Positions 1 through 12,624 are shown, numbered from the stretch's first letter. The stretch is DNA of 64,000 bases from Rhodospirillales bacterium (GCA_965227245.1 OZ245728.1:3306946-3370945), one strand, 5' to 3'. The notes: generated from the letters alone by a model not told the origin. A program made the numbers and translations.

Positions 1-76
1 GCGGCTTTTTCCACGCCGAAGCGGCTGACGGCACCTATGGCACCCCCGGCTGCCACATAAAAAATCATCGAGAGGT

Positions 77-1378
77 TCACGTATCCGTATCCTTGCGGCG
101 TTTCTGACGCAGTGTATCCCAATATTGCAGGCGTTTTGCAATCTCGCGTTCAAACCCCGTGTCCCTGGGGTTATATAGCTGCTGTCGGTTAATGTCGTCG
201 GGGAAATAATCCTGCCCGGAAAAGCCGTCTTCGGCATCATGGTCGTAGGCATACCCGTCCCCGTAGCCGATATCCTTCATCAGCTTGGTCGGCGCGTTCA
301 GGATATGCTTGGGCGGCATCAGCGAGCCAGTGTCGCGAGCCAGCCGCCTGGCCGCGGATTGGGCCTTGTAGGCCGCATTGGATTTTGGTGCGGTCGCCAG
401 ATAAAGCACGCACTGGACGATCGCCAGTTCCCCCTCCGGCGAGCCGAGCCGCTCGTAAGCTTCCCAGGCGGCGATGGACTGAGGTAAAGCATTGGGATCG
501 GCGAGGCCGATATCCTCCGATGCAAACCGCACCAGACGGCGTGCGACATAGCGCGGGTCTTCGCCCCCGGCCATCATCCGTGCAAACCAATACAGCGCAG
601 CGTCGGCGTCGGAGCCACGCAAGGACTTGTGTAATGCCGATATCAGGTTGTAGTGCGCCTCTTGTCCCTTGTCGTAGAGCGGCTGGCGGCTCTGCACCAC
701 ATTGGCGAGTTTCTCCGGGTTCAGCTTTGTCTCTTCACTGAGGCCGATCAGGATATCCGCCATGTTCAGCAGATAGCGTCCGTCACCATCGGCCATCGCC
801 CGCAATGCCGTGCGGGCATCGTCATCGAGCGGCAGACTGCGGCCTTCAGCCGCTTCGACCCGTTTCAGAAGCTCTTCCAAAGCATCATCATCAAGACGGC
901 GCAACACCAGAACCTGGGCTCTGGACAACAGCGCCGCATTCAGCTCGAACGACGGGTTTTCTGTGGTGGCACCAATCAGGACAATGGTGCCGTCCTCGAC
1001 AAACGGTAGAAATCCGTCCTGCTGGGCGCGGTTGAAGCGGTGAATTTCATCAACGAACAACAGGGTGCCCTGCCCCATCTCACGTTTGCGCCGGGCTTCC
1101 TCGACGGCTTTTCTGACATCGGCAACCCCGGAAAACACGGCCGACAACGGCATGAACGCCATGTCGGTCGCCTTGGCCAGCAACCGGGCGATGGTCGTCT
1201 TGCCGGTACCGGGCGGCCCCCAGAAAATGACAGAAGCCAGCTTGCCGGTCTGGATCATCCGGCTGAGCGGCCCCTCGGACCCGAGAATGTGATCCTGACC
1301 GACAACATCATCCAGGGTTTTCGGCCGCAGACGGTCTGCCAGCGGCCGGGGCGCATCGGCTTCAAACAGGGTACTCAA
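77..1378 (-). CDS. rarA: Replication-associated recombination protein A (AAA+ ATPase, RarA/MgsA)
   Basis: PLADRLRP N-terminus, Walker [39 protein letters not shown]; TTG start. Confidence 0.95.
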   Translation of the reverse strand: MSTLFEADAPRPLADRLRPKTLDDVVGQDHILGSEGPLSRMIQTGKLASVIFWGPPGTGKTTIARLLAKATDMAFMPLSAVFSGVADVRKAVEEARRKREMGQGTLLFVDEIHRFNRAQQDGFLPFVEDGTIVLIGATTENPSFELNAALLSRAQVLVLRRLDDDALEELLKRVEAAEGRSLPLDDDARTALRAMADGDGRYLLNMADILIGLSEETKLNPEKLANVVQSRQPLYDKGQEAHYNLISALHKSLRGSDADAALYWFARMMAGGEDPRYVARRLVRFASEDIGLADPNALPQSIAAWEAYERLGSPEGELAIVQCVLYLATAPKSNAAYKAQSAARRLARDTGSLMPPKHILNAPTKLMKDIGYGDGYAYDHDAEDGFSGQDYFPDDINRQQLYNPRDTGFEREIAKRLQYWDTLRQKRRKDTDT

Positions 1379-1396
1379 GGATGCGCCCCCTCATTC

Positions 1397-2092
1397 TCAT
1401 CTGAGATGCGCCGCGAAAAACTCCTGCGACCGATCACGGGCAAGGTTCGCTGCCGATTCGTCGTAGTGTTCTCCGCCCTTGCGGGCAAAAGCATGGTCAT
1501 TGCCCAGATAATCGAACAGCGTCGCCTTGCTGTTGTCGTCCAGTGCAGCATGCACTTCTGCCTGTTTTTCCTTCGGCACGAAACCGTCTTCAGTGGCGAT
1601 ATGCAGAAGGACCGGCGCATTCAGAGCCTCGTTCACGTGTTCTTCCAGCATCACTCCGTAATAGCCGACCGCCGCGTCAACCTTGGTCCGGGTTGCCGTC
1701 AGGAACGCCAGCCGTCCGCCCAGACAGAAACCGACGGAACCGACCTTGCCGGTGCATGCATCCAGCCCGCGCAGATGTTCGATGGTGACATCCAGATCAT
1801 CGACCCCTTTTTCAAGATCAAACCCGTTGAACAGCTCGAAAGCCCGCGCCCACTCTTCTTCCGACTGGTCGGTGATCTGAATACCCGGTTCCTGACGCCA
1901 GAACAGGTCCGGACACAATGCAACATAACCCGCCGCCGCCCAGTCATCCGTCAGGCCGCGCATAACCTCGTTGACGCCGAAGATTTCCTGAATGACCACG
2001 ACACCGGGCCCCGAGCCCCCTTCAGGCAGCGCCAGATACCCCATAAACTCGCCGCCGTCCTTGGATTTAATGGTAATTTCCTGTCCGCTCAT
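1397..2092 (-). CDS. Dienelactone hydrolase family protein
   Basis: IQEIFGVN, nucleophile motif GFCLGG, HAFAR catalytic His. Confidence 0.9.
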   Translation of the reverse strand: MSGQEITIKSKDGGEFMGYLALPEGGSGPGVVVIQEIFGVNEVMRGLTDDWAAAGYVALCPDLFWRQEPGIQITDQSEEEWARAFELFNGFDLEKGVDDLDVTIEHLRGLDACTGKVGSVGFCLGGRLAFLTATRTKVDAAVGYYGVMLEEHVNEALNAPVLLHIATEDGFVPKEKQAEVHAALDDNSKATLFDYLGNDHAFARKGGEHYDESAANLARDRSQEFFAAHLR

Positions 2093-2179
2093 GCCGGTAT
2101 CCTCCCGTTCAAAGTTGTTGTGAAGAGCCTAACGCATCACTGCTGTCGGGCCAAGGAGCAGCCACGCCGCATACAGCCG

Positions 2180-3604
2180 TCAGCCTCTGAAAACGAAATC
2201 GTAGATCTTGCCGCGTCGTTCGACGCGGATCCGCCATTCTCCGCCTTCATTTGAACCGACTGCGGCCTGTACTTCGTTGACTGTCGAAACCTTGTCTTCG
2301 TTTATCTGACGAACGATGTCACCGGGCCGGAAGTCAAGCCGGTCCGCGATCCCTCCCCGCCGTATCCTCAGGATCACGACCCCCTCGCCAAAGGGGTCGA
2401 TATTGTATTTTTCGCCTAGAGCCGGAGACAGATTGGCGATCACGGCATCCCCCAAAGGATGTTTCCCGGAAAGTTCCGTCTCATTGGCCGGCGGCTCATC
2501 GGGGGCTGGTTGCATATCGATGGTGATCGGCACCACCTGATTGCCGCGCATGACCCTGAGAACGGCCTGATCGCCGACCGGCAGGGTGGCGATGCGGTAT
2601 TCGAGGTCGTCCGATCCGGCGACGGCATGACCATTGACGGCCAGGATCACATCCCCCGCACGCAGTCCGCCCAGGCCGGCAGAGCCGTTCTTATGGACAA
2701 GATTGACGATGACCCCCTGCGGGCGCTTCATGCCCAGTGAAAGGGCGATATCCGAGGTCACCCCCTGACCGTAGGCGCCAAGCCAGGGCCGGATGAGCTG
2801 CCCGTCCCGGGAAATACCCTGAATGACGGCCCGGACCATGTTTGACGGCACGGCGAACCCGATCCCATGTGAGCCGCCGCTTTTCGAGAAGATAGACGTA
2901 TTTATGCCGACCAGTCTGCCGTCCATGGACAGCAGCGCGCCACCGGAATTGCCGGGGTTGATGGCGGCATCGGTCTGAATGAACGACTTGAGTTCGGTAT
3001 CGCTGCCGACGGACCGGGCCAGCGCCGAGACAATCCCGCTCGTCACCGTCTGCCCGACACCGAAGGGATTGCCAATGGCAAGTACCAGGTCGCCGACCTT
3101 GAGTTCATCGGAATCCCGAAGCTCCAGCGCCGGCAACGGCTCGTTTTCGGTTTCGATGCGCAAAACCGAAAGATCGGTCTTGTCGTCTGAAACGACGATT
3201 TGGGCTTCGAACTCACGCTTGTCGGCAAGGACGACAACGATCTTGTCTGCCCCTTCGATGACGTGCTGGTTGGTTACAATCAACCCATCCGGGCTGACGA
3301 TCACGCCCGAGCCCAGTGAATTCTGCTGTTCCGACCGGGGACGGCCACGGTTAAAACCGAGGCCGAGATCACCGAAAAACCGGCGGAAAAACGGATCGTT
3401 GAACAGTGGCGGCACTTGCCGGTTGGCAACGATCTTCTGGGTATAGATATTGACCACCGCAGGCGCCGCCCGCTCGACCAGCGGCGCAAATGATAGCTGA
3501 ACCTGGGTACGGTTTTCGGGCACCTGACGTTGTTGGGCTGAAACCGGCAGGACGCTCAGACAAATGACGGCAAACAGGGAGAGGATAAATTTGTAATAAC
3601 GCAT
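2180..3604 (-). CDS. Do/DegP-family periplasmic serine endoprotease with two PDZ domains
   Basis: Signal-peptide-like N-terminus from ATG 3604 (track starts at 3646), SLGSGVIV, TNQHV, IQTDAAINPGNSGG. Confidence 0.93.
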   Translation of the reverse strand: MRYYKFILSLFAVICLSVLPVSAQQRQVPENRTQVQLSFAPLVERAAPAVVNIYTQKIVANRQVPPLFNDPFFRRFFGDLGLGFNRGRPRSEQQNSLGSGVIVSPDGLIVTNQHVIEGADKIVVVLADKREFEAQIVVSDDKTDLSVLRIETENEPLPALELRDSDELKVGDLVLAIGNPFGVGQTVTSGIVSALARSVGSDTELKSFIQTDAAINPGNSGGALLSMDGRLVGINTSIFSKSGGSHGIGFAVPSNMVRAVIQGISRDGQLIRPWLGAYGQGVTSDIALSLGMKRPQGVIVNLVHKNGSAGLGGLRAGDVILAVNGHAVAGSDDLEYRIATLPVGDQAVLRVMRGNQVVPITIDMQPAPDEPPANETELSGKHPLGDAVIANLSPALGEKYNIDPFGEGVVILRIRRGGIADRLDFRPGDIVRQINEDKVSTVNEVQAAVGSNEGGEWRIRVERRGKIYDFVFRG

Positions 3605-3666
3605 GGCCAATAGATAGGCCTCAAATTTACCGCTGTCGATAGTCAAACCTTACGGAGTCTACATAC

Positions 3667-3695
3667 AAAAACGGCGCCCCGGGGGACGCCGTTTT
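3667..3695 (-). terminator. Intrinsic terminator downstream of rplQ
   Basis: AAAAACGGCG...CGCCGTTTT hairpin with T-runs on both strands. Confidence 0.8.
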
Positions 3696-3715
3696 AAAAA
3701 CGTGAATGACGCGGA

Positions 3716-4141
3716 TTATTCGGCGTCGGCAGCTTCCATTTCCGCTTCGACACGGGCACGGTCTGCGGCACCCTTGGCGTCCGGATCGCGGTCGACAAGC
3801 TCGATGATCGCCATCGGTGCGCTGTCGCCATAACGGAAACCGGCCTTCAGAACACGGGAATACCCGCCCGGGCGGTCCTTGTAGCGCTCTGCCAAAGTCG
3901 AGAACAGCTTGGAGACGGCGGCATCATCGCGCAGGAAAGAAAAAGCGCGACGGCGGTCATGCAGCCCACCCTTTTTGCCGAGAGAAATCATCTTGTCGAT
4001 GAAGCGACGCAGTTCCTTGGCTTTCGGCAGGGTCGTCTTGATCTGTTCATGGATGATCAGGGACGTCGTCATGTTCGAGAACATCGCCTTACGATGGGTC
4101 GACGTCTTATTGAGCTTACGATAACCATTATTGTGTCTCAT
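3716..4141 (-). CDS. rplQ: 50S ribosomal protein L17
   Basis: [28 protein letters not shown]. Confidence 0.98.
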   Translation of the reverse strand: MRHNNGYRKLNKTSTHRKAMFSNMTTSLIIHEQIKTTLPKAKELRRFIDKMISLGKKGGLHDRRRAFSFLRDDAAVSKLFSTLAERYKDRPGGYSRVLKAGFRYGDSAPMAIIELVDRDPDAKGAADRARVEAEMEAADAE

Positions 4142-4248
4142 ATCAGGCTCCTCGGTTTTTGCCCACGCGTGCCATTTTACCCGTGGGTCATCTGGTTTTT
4201 AATGCCGGTCCGGCGCCCGAAGACGCCGCCCGTATTAGAAGTTTCCGA

Positions 4249-5265
4249 TCAGAACGGATCTTCCAGTTTCTTAGCCATGTCTTCGATGTTTTCCGGCGGC
4301 CATTCGGAGATTTCCATGCCCAGGTGCAGACCCATCTGCGACAGCACTTCCTTGATTTCATTCAGGGACTTGCGGCCAAAGTTCGGCGTGCGGAGCATAT
4401 CGGCTTCGGTTTTCTGGACCAGATCGCCGATGTAGATGATGTTGTCGTTCTTCAGGCAATTGGCGGAGCGGACCGAGAGCTCAAGCTCATCGACCTTGCG
4501 CAGCAGATTGCGGTTGAACGGCAGTTCATCGCGGCTTTCCTCAATTACCTCACCCGACGGCTCATCGAAGTTGATGAACAGCTGCAGCTGATCCTGCAGG
4601 ATACGGGCGGCAAGGGCGACGGCGTCTTCGGGCGTTACCGCACCGTTGGTCGTCACGTCGAGGAACAGCTTGTCGTAATCGGTGTCCTGGCCAACACGGG
4701 TGTTTTCCACCTTGTAGGCAACTTTGCGGACAGGCGAGAACACGGCATCGATCGGGATCAGACCAATCGGGCTGTCATCCGGACGGTTCTGAGCCGCCGG
4801 CACATACCCCTTACCGTTTTCGACGGTCAGTTCCATGCTCAGCGAGGCACCGTTGTCGAGGTGGCAGATTACGAGGTCCGGTTCCATGATCTCGATGTCG
4901 GGACCGGTTTCGATCATCGCCGCAGTCACTTCACCCGGGCCGTCGGCCTTGAGGGTCATGCGCTTCGGCCCTTCGGCCATCATTTTGAGGCCCATCGACT
5001 TGATATTCAGGACGATGTCCGTGACATCTTCACGTACGCCGGCAATCGAGGAGAACTCGTGCAGCACGCTATCGATCTGGATCGAGGTGACCGCGGCGCC
5101 CTGGAGCGACGACAGCAGAATGCGACGCAGCGCATTGCCGAGCGTCAGACCAAAACCACGTTCAAGCGGTTCGGCAACGACACTCGCCTGACGGCTCGGG
5201 TCATTACCCGGTACGACTTCGAGTTTCGAGGGTTTAATCAGTTCTTGCCAATTTTTCTGAAGCAC
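4249..5265 (-). CDS. rpoA: RNA polymerase alpha subunit
   Basis: [47 protein letters not shown]; GTG start. Confidence 0.99.
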   Translation of the reverse strand: MLQKNWQELIKPSKLEVVPGNDPSRQASVVAEPLERGFGLTLGNALRRILLSSLQGAAVTSIQIDSVLHEFSSIAGVREDVTDIVLNIKSMGLKMMAEGPKRMTLKADGPGEVTAAMIETGPDIEIMEPDLVICHLDNGASLSMELTVENGKGYVPAAQNRPDDSPIGLIPIDAVFSPVRKVAYKVENTRVGQDTDYDKLFLDVTTNGAVTPEDAVALAARILQDQLQLFINFDEPSGEVIEESRDELPFNRNLLRKVDELELSVRSANCLKNDNIIYIGDLVQKTEADMLRTPNFGRKSLNEIKEVLSQMGLHLGMEISEWPPENIEDMAKKLEDPF

Positions 5266-5408
5266 TTCAGTGACCTCGCGCTCACAAATGATAGCGGCGT
5301 CCTTGAAAACAAGGGCGTCGCCTTTTACCTGCCCGGGTCAGTTGCGGCCGATCGAACCGTTCCTGCCCGAAATGAAACTTTCCCGGAAAATAACCGGGAA
5401 AGAGGGTC

Positions 5409-5804
5409 TTAGACCCGACGACGCTTTCTCGGCCGACAACCGTTGTGCGGGATCGGCGTAACGTCACGTATGGCCGTAATCGTGAACCCAACCGATTGCA
5501 GCGCACGAAGCGCCGATTCACGACCGGATCCCGGGCCTTTAACTTCGACCTCAAGGGTCTTCATCCCATGTTCCATCGCGGCACGGCCGACGACTTCACC
5601 GGCAACCTGGGCAGCGTAAGGTGTCGATTTGCGCGATCCCTTGAAGCCCTGTGCACCGGCGGAAGACCAGGCAATCGAATTGCCCTGTGCATCCGTGATG
5701 GTGATGATGGTGTTGTTGAACGTAGAATTGACGTGGGCAATGCCCGCTGCAATGTTTTTACGTTCGCGGCGGCGTGGACGCGCCGTTGCTGCTGCTTTGG
5801 CCAT
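5409..5804 (-). CDS. rpsK: 30S ribosomal protein S11
   Basis: [34 protein letters not shown]. Confidence 0.99.
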   Translation of the reverse strand: MAKAAATARPRRRERKNIAAGIAHVNSTFNNTIITITDAQGNSIAWSSAGAQGFKGSRKSTPYAAQVAGEVVGRAAMEHGMKTLEVEVKGPGSGRESALRALQSVGFTITAIRDVTPIPHNGCRPRKRRRV

Positions 5805-5816
5805 GATATTTCGCCC

Positions 5817-6188
5817 TTAAGCTTTCTTCTTACCGGCAATTGCCTTGGCCGGGCCCTTGCGAGTCCGTGCGTTGGTGTGAGTACGCTGACCGCGCACCGG
5901 CAGTTGCCGGCGGTGACGCAGACCGCGGTAGCAGCCCAGGTCCATCAGACGCTTGATGTTCATTGCAACATCGCGGCGAAGCTCACCCTCGACCGTCAGT
6001 TCCTGGTCGATCATATCGCGAATGCGCGTTACTTCGTCGTCAGACAGTTCGTTGACACGACGTTCCGCGGCAATACCGCAAGCTTCACAAATTTTAACAG
6101 CCGTGGTACGGCCAATCCCATGTATGTAGGTCAGTGCGATGATCGCACGTTTTCCAGTCGGGATATTTACACCAGCAATACGCGCCAA
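5817..6188 (-). CDS. rpsM: 30S ribosomal protein S13
   Basis: [36 protein letters not shown]; TTG start. Confidence 0.99.
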   Translation of the reverse strand: MARIAGVNIPTGKRAIIALTYIHGIGRTTAVKICEACGIAAERRVNELSDDEVTRIRDMIDQELTVEGELRRDVAMNIKRLMDLGCYRGLRHRRQLPVRGQRTHTNARTRKGPAKAIAGKKKA

Positions 6189-6249
6189 AGCTCGTACTCC
6201 TTAAACTTTGGGTCGAAACGGACAGCCACCGGTTGATTGAAGAGCGCGG

Positions 6250-6277
6250 ATTATATAAATCCACAACGCCAAGTCAA
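6250..6277 (-). promoter_or_regulatory. Sigma70-type promoter of the rpsM-rpsK-rpoA-rplQ operon
   Basis: Minus strand TTGACT-N16-TATAAT, about 60 nt upstream of rpsM. Confidence 0.75.
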
Positions 6278-6312
6278 CTCTTCAGCTAAACTTTTTCGAT
6301 CCCCAATCCTTG

Positions 6313-6879
6313 TTAATCCAAGATCGCATACAGGGATTTTGTAACATTATCAATATCCTGCATGCCATCAACCGTCTTCAGAGCCCCTTTATCCCTGTAA
6401 TAAGGTATAATTGGAGCCGTTTGCTCATGATAAACCACGAGCCGTTTTTTCAGCGTTTCCGCGTTATCATCGCTCCGCGCACCGCCGGTTTCGGCTGCAC
6501 GCTTCTCGATTCGTGCGAACAGAGCCGCCTCATCCACTTCCATGGAGATCACGGAATCAAGCTTCAGCCCCTTCTCTGCCAGCATGGCGTCGAGAGCTTC
6601 GGCCTGCGCGACCGTACGCGGGAAGCCGTCGAGAATGAACCCGTTGGCACAGTCCGCCTCATCGATCCGGTCGGCGATGATACCGACCACGATGTCGTCA
6701 GAGACCAGATCGCCACGATCCATGACTTCCTTGGCCTTGATACCCATTTCCGTCCCGGCGGCAACAGCTGCGCGCAGCATGTCACCGGTCGATAGCTGTA
6801 CGATGCCGTATTTTTCGACCAGGCGTTCGCACTGCGTCCCTTTCCCGGCTCCCGGCGGCCCCAACAGAATAATGATCAT
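6313..6879 (-). CDS. adk: Adenylate kinase, short-LID type
   Basis: [30 protein letters not shown]; ATG 6879 overlaps the secY stop (track over-extends to 7026). Confidence 0.97.
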   Translation of the reverse strand: MIIILLGPPGAGKGTQCERLVEKYGIVQLSTGDMLRAAVAAGTEMGIKAKEVMDRGDLVSDDIVVGIIADRIDEADCANGFILDGFPRTVAQAEALDAMLAEKGLKLDSVISMEVDEAALFARIEKRAAETGGARSDDNAETLKKRLVVYHEQTAPIIPYYRDKGALKTVDGMQDIDNVTKSLYAILD

Positions 6880-8219
6880 GCCTTGCGCCCCCTGAGCTTG
6901 GACTTCTTGATCAAACCTTCGTACTGGTGTGCCAGAAGATGTGACTGAACCTGTGTCACGGTATCCAAGGTCACGGTGACGACGATCAGCAGACTGGTTC
7001 CGCCGAAATAGAACGGCACCGACCATCTGGAAATCAGAATTTCAGGCAACAGACAGAGAAGAGCGAGATAGCCGGCGCCCACAACGGTCAGACGGGTCAG
7101 CACCCAGTCCAGATAGTCGGCGGTATTCTTGCCGGGCCGGATACCGGGCACAAAACCGCCGTACTTTTTCAGATTATCCGCCGTTTCTGCCGGATTGAAG
7201 ACAACCGCGGTGTAGAAAAAGGCGAAGAAGACGATCATGCCGATATACGTAATCAGGTACAACGGCTGCCCGCGGCCCATGTAAGCTGCCACAGAACTCA
7301 TCCATTCCGGGCCGGAGCCGGCGGAAAACTGGATGATGGTGATCGGCAGCAACAGGATCGAACTGGCGAAAATCGGGGGAATAACGCCTGCCGTGTTGAC
7401 CTTCAGCGGCAGATGGGAAGTATCGCCGCCCGACATCTTGTTGCCGCGCTGGCGCTTCGGATACTGGATCAGGATACGGCGCTGGGCGCGTTCGACGAAA
7501 ACGATGCAGAAGATGACGGCAATCGCCATTACGAACAGGGCGATGATGATGCCGGTCGACAGCGCACCGGTGCGCCCCAGCTCTAGGGTGCCGGCAAGTG
7601 CGCGCGGCAATTCCGCGACAATCCCGGCAAAGATGATCAGTGAAATACCATTGCCGACACCGCGTGCGGTGATCTGCTCACCCAGCCACATCAGGAACAG
7701 CGTGCCGCCGGTCAAGGTAATGACCACGGTCGCACGGAAGAACAGACCGGGGTTATCAACCGCAACACGGCCGCCCGACGACATGCTTTCCAGCCCGACA
7801 GCGATGCCATAGGCCTGCAGGATACAGATCGCAACCGTCAGATAACGGGTGTACTGGTTGATTTTCTTGCGGCCGGTCTCGCCTTCCTTCTTCATCGCCT
7901 CAAGCTTCGGCGAAACCGCCGTCATGAGCTGCATGATGATCGATGCCGAAATGTACGGCATGATATTCAGCGCGAAGATAGTCATCCGCGACAGAGCGCC
8001 GCCGGAGAACATATCGAACATGCCGAGGATCCCGCCGCCTGTCTGATTGAACAGGTCCTGCAGAATCGTCGGATCAATACCCGGGATAGGGACAAAGGTG
8101 CCCAGCCGATAGACGATAAGCGCACCCAGCGTAAACCAGATGCGCTTCTTCAATTCCGTCGCCTTCGAAAAGGCGCTGAAATTGACGTTAGAGGCGAGTT
8201 GTTCGGCGGCGGAAGCCAT
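6876..8219 (-). CDS. secY: Preprotein translocase subunit SecY
   Basis: [48 protein letters not shown]. Confidence 0.99.
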   Translation of the reverse strand: MASAAEQLASNVNFSAFSKATELKKRIWFTLGALIVYRLGTFVPIPGIDPTILQDLFNQTGGGILGMFDMFSGGALSRMTIFALNIMPYISASIIMQLMTAVSPKLEAMKKEGETGRKKINQYTRYLTVAICILQAYGIAVGLESMSSGGRVAVDNPGLFFRATVVITLTGGTLFLMWLGEQITARGVGNGISLIIFAGIVAELPRALAGTLELGRTGALSTGIIIALFVMAIAVIFCIVFVERAQRRILIQYPKRQRGNKMSGGDTSHLPLKVNTAGVIPPIFASSILLLPITIIQFSAGSGPEWMSSVAAYMGRGQPLYLITYIGMIVFFAFFYTAVVFNPAETADNLKKYGGFVPGIRPGKNTADYLDWVLTRLTVVGAGYLALLCLLPEILISRWSVPFYFGGTSLLIVVTVTLDTVTQVQSHLLAHQYEGLIKKSKLRGRKA

Positions 8220-8225
8220 TCTCTA

Positions 8226-8807
8226 TTATTCTTCCTCTACCGGATCCACGGCTACAACGTCACCTTCGCCACGCTGCGCTTCATATTTGGCCTTACGCTC
8301 GGCAGACAGACGGTCGCGCTTGCGGCCCTTGCCCTGCGGGCGCTCTTTCTTTTCGGCAACCTTGACGGAACCACCGGCTTTTTCGACGACGGCGATGGCA
8401 CCTGCGGATGCATGCGCGATGTCGAGTTCAACCTTGGCGCTCAGTTCGCCCTTGTTCAGAAGGCGGACACCATCCTTGGACTTGCGGACAACACCGGCCG
8501 CCAGCAGTTCGGTAGCGGAAATGGCCTTCTTGGCGTCGAGATGGCCGGCATCGATGGCCTTCTGCAGCTTGCCCGTGGTCAGCTCGGCAAAATCCTTGGT
8601 GAACGGGTTATTGAAGCCACGCTTCGGCAGGCGGCGATACAGCGGCATCTGACCGCCTTCGAAGCCCAGCAGCGAAACCCCGCTCCGCGATTTCTGGCCC
8701 TTTTGACCTTTCGCGGCGGTTTTACCCGTACCGGAGCCGATACCCCGGCCAACACGCTTGCGGTTTTTCGTCGCGCCAGCGTTATCTCGGATTTCATTAA
8801 GTCGCAT
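8226..8807 (-). CDS. rplO: 50S ribosomal protein L15 with C-terminal extension
   Basis: [31 protein letters not shown]. Confidence 0.97.
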   Translation of the reverse strand: MRLNEIRDNAGATKNRKRVGRGIGSGTGKTAAKGQKGQKSRSGVSLLGFEGGQMPLYRRLPKRGFNNPFTKDFAELTTGKLQKAIDAGHLDAKKAISATELLAAGVVRKSKDGVRLLNKGELSAKVELDIAHASAGAIAVVEKAGGSVKVAEKKERPQGKGRKRDRLSAERKAKYEAQRGEGDVVAVDPVEEE

Positions 8808-8876
8808 CACCAAATTCCTTTTGCGTCCCGGGGGTCATACCGCCCGGTGGTGGCCCGATATTGGGAAGTAAGCCTG

Positions 8877-9071
8877 TCAGGCCTGTTCCTCAACCCGGAC
8901 CAGGTGCTTTACCTTGTCAATCATGCCACGAACGGCGGACGTATCTTCGAGGGTCCGCGTTCTGTTGATCTTGTTCAGACCCAGACCTTTGAGCGTATCG
9001 CGCTGCACGGCCTGACGCCCAATCGGGCTTTTGGTCTGGGTGACCGTGACGGTTGCTTTCTTGTCAGCCAT
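8877..9071 (-). CDS. rpmD: 50S ribosomal protein L30
   Basis: [27 protein letters not shown]; spc position. Confidence 0.96.
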   Translation of the reverse strand: MADKKATVTVTQTKSPIGRQAVQRDTLKGLGLNKINRTRTLEDTSAVRGMIDKVKHLVRVEEQA

Positions 9072-9094
9072 CTTTCGTTCCGATCCGATCCAGT

Positions 9095-9694
9095 TTATTC
9101 GGCGCTCATGCCGGCATCGCCGCGACGAGCAACGATATCGCCGACCTTGAGGCCACGGCGCGCCGCAATGGCGCGCGGGGATTGCAGGTTTTTCAGTGCT
9201 TCGAACGTCGCCTTCACCATGTTGTGCGGGTTCTGCGTGCCGTTTGACTTACAAACGACGTCATGAACGCCCATGGTTTCGAAGACGGCGCGCATCGGAC
9301 CGCCGGCGATGATGCCGGTACCCGGAGGTGCCGAACGGAGAATAACCTTCCCCGCGCCAAAACGGCCGTCGATGTCGTGATGTAGCGTGCGGCCTTCGCG
9401 CAGCGGCACACGGATCATCTGGCGCTTGGCCTGGTCGGTGGCCTTACGGATCGCTTCAGGCACTTCGCGGGCCTTCCCGGTACCGTAACCGACGCGGCCT
9501 TTGCCGTCACCAACCACAACCAGGGCAGCGAAAGAGAAGCGGCGACCGCCCTTCACGACCTTGGCGACGCGATTGATGTGAACCAGCTTGTCGACCAGTT
9601 CATCGCCATCGTCATTGCGATCCCGGTTATCGCGGTCACGACCACGAACACGGCCACGCTGACCGCCACGTTCCGGTGAATTGTTATCTGCCAT
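9095..9694 (-). CDS. rpsE: 30S ribosomal protein S5
   Basis: [37 protein letters not shown]. Confidence 0.99.
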   Translation of the reverse strand: MADNNSPERGGQRGRVRGRDRDNRDRNDDGDELVDKLVHINRVAKVVKGGRRFSFAALVVVGDGKGRVGYGTGKAREVPEAIRKATDQAKRQMIRVPLREGRTLHHDIDGRFGAGKVILRSAPPGTGIIAGGPMRAVFETMGVHDVVCKSNGTQNPHNMVKATFEALKNLQSPRAIAARRGLKVGDIVARRGDAGMSAE

Positions 9695-9705
9695 TCGTCG
9701 CTCTC

Positions 9706-10068
9706 CTAGAAGCTCAGGCCGCCCTCACGGGCGCCGTCTGCGAGGGCTTTGACACGCCCGTGATACTTGTAGCCGCCGCGGTCGAAGAAAACCTCCCCGA
9801 CGCCCTTATCGGCAGCGCGTTTCGCAATCAGCTTGCCGACCTCGGCAGCAGCATTGCAGTCTGCACCGGTTTTAAGCGCGGACTTCAGGTCCTTGTCCAG
9901 CGATGACGCGGCAGCCAGTGTCTGGCCCGTCACATCGTCGATGATCTGCGCATAAATGTGCTTACCCGAGCGGAACACGGAAAGCCGCGGGCGCCCGGAG
10001 GCCAGACGTTGCAGACGCGCACGCGTGCGCATGGTCCGGCGTTTAAACAGGGTTCTTGCGTTCGACAT
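9706..10068 (-). CDS. rplR: 50S ribosomal protein L18
   Basis: [36 protein letters not shown]; ATG 10068. Confidence 0.98.
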   Translation of the reverse strand: MSNARTLFKRRTMRTRARLQRLASGRPRLSVFRSGKHIYAQIIDDVTGQTLAAASSLDKDLKSALKTGADCNAAAEVGKLIAKRAADKGVGEVFFDRGGYKYHGRVKALADGAREGGLSF

Positions 10069-10069
10069 C

Positions 10070-10603
10070 TTACTTCTTCTTTCCTTCCTTACGGAGGATG
10101 AATTCGTCATCGTACTTGACGCCTTTGCCCTTGTAGGGCTCTGGCGGACGATACGAACGGATTTCCGCGGCCACCTGGCCAACACGCTGTTTCGACGCCC
10201 CGCTGATGATCAGCTGGTTCTGTTCCACAGCTTCAATCTTGATCCCTTCGGGGATCGGGTAGCGGACTTCGTGGCTGAAGCCGAGCTGCAGTACGACATC
10301 CTTACCCTGGATCTGGGCGCGATAACCGACGCCGTTGATCTCCAGCTTTTTCGTGAACCCTTCGGACACACCGATCACCAGCCCGTCAATCACGCTGCGG
10401 GCCGTGCCCCACATCTGACGGGCGCGTTTGTGCTGGGCCAGCGGCGTCACGGTGACCTGGCCGTCGGCCTGCTCTACCTTGACGTCATCGGTCAGCGTTA
10501 CCGACAGCTCACCGAGCTTGCCCTTGGCCGTCACGATATTGCCGTTCAGTTCGACGGTGACACCGTCCGGCACAGTGACTGGGTTACTTCCTACTCGCGA
10601 CAT
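10070..10603 (-). CDS. rplF: 50S ribosomal protein L6
   Basis: [22 protein letters not shown]. Confidence 0.99.
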   Translation of the reverse strand: MSRVGSNPVTVPDGVTVELNGNIVTAKGKLGELSVTLTDDVKVEQADGQVTVTPLAQHKRARQMWGTARSVIDGLVIGVSEGFTKKLEINGVGYRAQIQGKDVVLQLGFSHEVRYPIPEGIKIEAVEQNQLIISGASKQRVGQVAAEIRSYRPPEPYKGKGVKYDDEFILRKEGKKK

Positions 10604-10636
10604 GGCTTCAATCCTCGTTTCATTCCTGGGGTGTTC

Positions 10637-11035
10637 TTAGAACACCTCGCAGAGAACCTCTCCACCCACGTTCTGGGCCCGTGCTTCGGCATCCGACAGC
10701 ACGCCACGCGGCGTCGACAGGATGGCAATACCGAGACCGTTATAAACACGGCTCAGATCACGCACACCGGAGTAAATCCGGCGGCCCGGTTTGGAAACCC
10801 GCTGCAGGCTCCGGATTACCGGATCACCTTCGTGGTATTTCAATTCGATTTTGATCTCGGAAATGCCAGGACGTACATCGCTTTGGTCGAAACCGCGAAT
10901 GAAACCTTCGCGTTTCAGCACTTCGAGAACGTTAGCACGCAGTCGCGAAGCCGGGCACGTAACCGAGCTTTTGCGGGCCTGTTGCCCGTTGCGAATACGG
11001 GTCAGCATATCGCCGAGGGGATCCGTCATCGACAT
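10637..11035 (-). CDS. rpsH: 30S ribosomal protein S8
   Basis: [30 protein letters not shown]; ATG 11035. Confidence 0.99.
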   Translation of the reverse strand: MSMTDPLGDMLTRIRNGQQARKSSVTCPASRLRANVLEVLKREGFIRGFDQSDVRPGISEIKIELKYHEGDPVIRSLQRVSKPGRRIYSGVRDLSRVYNGLGIAILSTPRGVLSDAEARAQNVGGEVLCEVF

Positions 11036-11048
11036 TGTCGTCTCTCCC

Positions 11049-11354
11049 TTACCAGCTAGACTTGACCATGCCCGGGATCTGACCGGCTGCAGCCAGTTCC
11101 CGAAGCTTGATGCGACAAATGCGGAACTTGCGATAGTTACCGCGCGGACGTCCGGTGAGCTCACAGCGCAGGCGCTGACGAACCGGGGCTGCGTTACGCG
11201 GCAGTTCGGCAAGCTTCAGACGGGCATTAAAGCGGTCTTCCGGGGACAACTCGGGGTCCTTTGCGGCTGCTTTCAACCGCTCACGACGCCCCTGGTACTG
11301 CTTCGCCAGCTTGGCGCGCTTTTTGTCCCGTTCGATCGAGCTTTTCTTAGCCAT
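11049..11354 (-). CDS. rpsN: 30S ribosomal protein S14 (long form, no complete Zn-ribbon)
   Basis: 101 aa, [19 protein letters not shown]. Confidence 0.97.
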   Translation of the reverse strand: MAKKSSIERDKKRAKLAKQYQGRRERLKAAAKDPELSPEDRFNARLKLAELPRNAAPVRQRLRCELTGRPRGNYRKFRICRIKLRELAAAGQIPGMVKSSW

Positions 11355-11376
11355 TACGCTCTTCTCCTCTTGCCGC

Positions 11377-11919
11377 TCAGTTCACGAACGGCATGTTGAA
11401 CGCCTTGAGCAATGCCTTCGCTTCGGCATCGGTTTTGGCGGTCGTGCAAATCACAATATCCATCCCCCGGATCGCATCGACTTTGTCGTAGTCGATTTCC
11501 GGGAATACGATCTGTTCCTTGATGCCCATGGCATAGTTGCCGGCACCGTCGAAACTTTTGCCGTTCAGGCCACGGAAGTCGCGGACGCGCGGCAGGGTGA
11601 TCGTCACCAGGCGATCAAGGAATTCGAACATCCGGGCGCGGCGCAGTGTCACTTTGCAACCGACGATCATTTCTTCGCGCAGTTTAAAGCCGGCAATCGA
11701 CTTCTTGGCGCGGGTCACGATCGGCTTTTGTCCGGAGATCGCGGTCAGGTCGGCAACGGCGCCGTCCATTTTTTTGCGATCCTGGGACGCTTCACCAACG
11801 CCCATGTTAATGACGATCTTGTCCAGGCGAGGCACTTCCATCGGGTTCGCATAGTTGAACTCCGATTTCATGCTCGGGACGATCTCGTTTGCGTAAACTT
11901 CCTGCAAGCGTGGGGTCAT
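11377..11919 (-). CDS. rplE: 50S ribosomal protein L5
   Basis: [28 protein letters not shown]; ATG 11919. Confidence 0.98.
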   Translation of the reverse strand: MTPRLQEVYANEIVPSMKSEFNYANPMEVPRLDKIVINMGVGEASQDRKKMDGAVADLTAISGQKPIVTRAKKSIAGFKLREEMIVGCKVTLRRARMFEFLDRLVTITLPRVRDFRGLNGKSFDGAGNYAMGIKEQIVFPEIDYDKVDAIRGMDIVICTTAKTDAEAKALLKAFNMPFVN

Positions 11920-11938
11920 TTTCCTGCTCTCCACCCGC

Positions 11939-12256
11939 TCAAGCGTCGATGACTTCGCCGGAACGCTTCGCGAAGCGTACCTTGCGGCCATCATCAAGCT
12001 GCTTGAAACCAACACGTACCGGCTTGTCGTCTTTCGGGTCGACGTGGGCGAGATTGGAAAGGTGAATGCTTGCTTCCCTTTCGATGATCCCGCCGGCCGA
12101 CGTCTGCGACGCCGCCGTGTGGCGTTTCATTTTATTCACACCGCTGACCACAGCACGGTTCGCGGCCGGGTCGACCTTGACGACTTCGCCGGTCGCACCC
12201 TTGTCACGGCCGGTGAGAACCATCACCCGGTCACCTTTTTTGATCTTCTGAGCCAT
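11939..12256 (-). CDS. rplX: 50S ribosomal protein L24
   Basis: [26 protein letters not shown]. Confidence 0.98.
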   Translation of the reverse strand: MAQKIKKGDRVMVLTGRDKGATGEVVKVDPAANRAVVSGVNKMKRHTAASQTSAGGIIEREASIHLSNLAHVDPKDDKPVRVGFKQLDDGRKVRFAKRSGEVIDA

Positions 12257-12624
12257 TACAAAACCTCCGGCGCCAGCGAGATAATTTTCATGTACCGCTT
12301 GGCGCGCAGTTCACGGGTCACCGGGCCGAAGATACGGGTCCCGATGGGCTCGCCCTGCTTGTTGATGAGCACGGCGGCATTACTGTCGAACCGGATCGCG
12401 GTCCCGTCCTTGCGGTTGATGTCCTTGGCGGTGCGCACGACAACAGCCTGCATCACATCGCCCTTCTTCACTCGACCGCGCGGAATAGCGTCCTTGACGG
12501 AGACGACGATAATGTCGCCCACCGACGCATACTTGCGCTTCGAACCGCCCAGCACTTTGATGCACTGGACCCTTTTGGCACCCGAATTGTCGGCGACCTC
12601 GAGGTTTGATTCAGCCTGAATCAT
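12256..12624 (-). CDS. rplN: 50S ribosomal protein L14
   Basis: [36 protein letters not shown]. Confidence 0.99.
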   Translation of the reverse strand: MIQAESNLEVADNSGAKRVQCIKVLGGSKRKYASVGDIIVVSVKDAIPRGRVKKGDVMQAVVVRTAKDINRKDGTAIRFDSNAAVLINKQGEPIGTRIFGPVTRELRAKRYMKIISLAPEVL

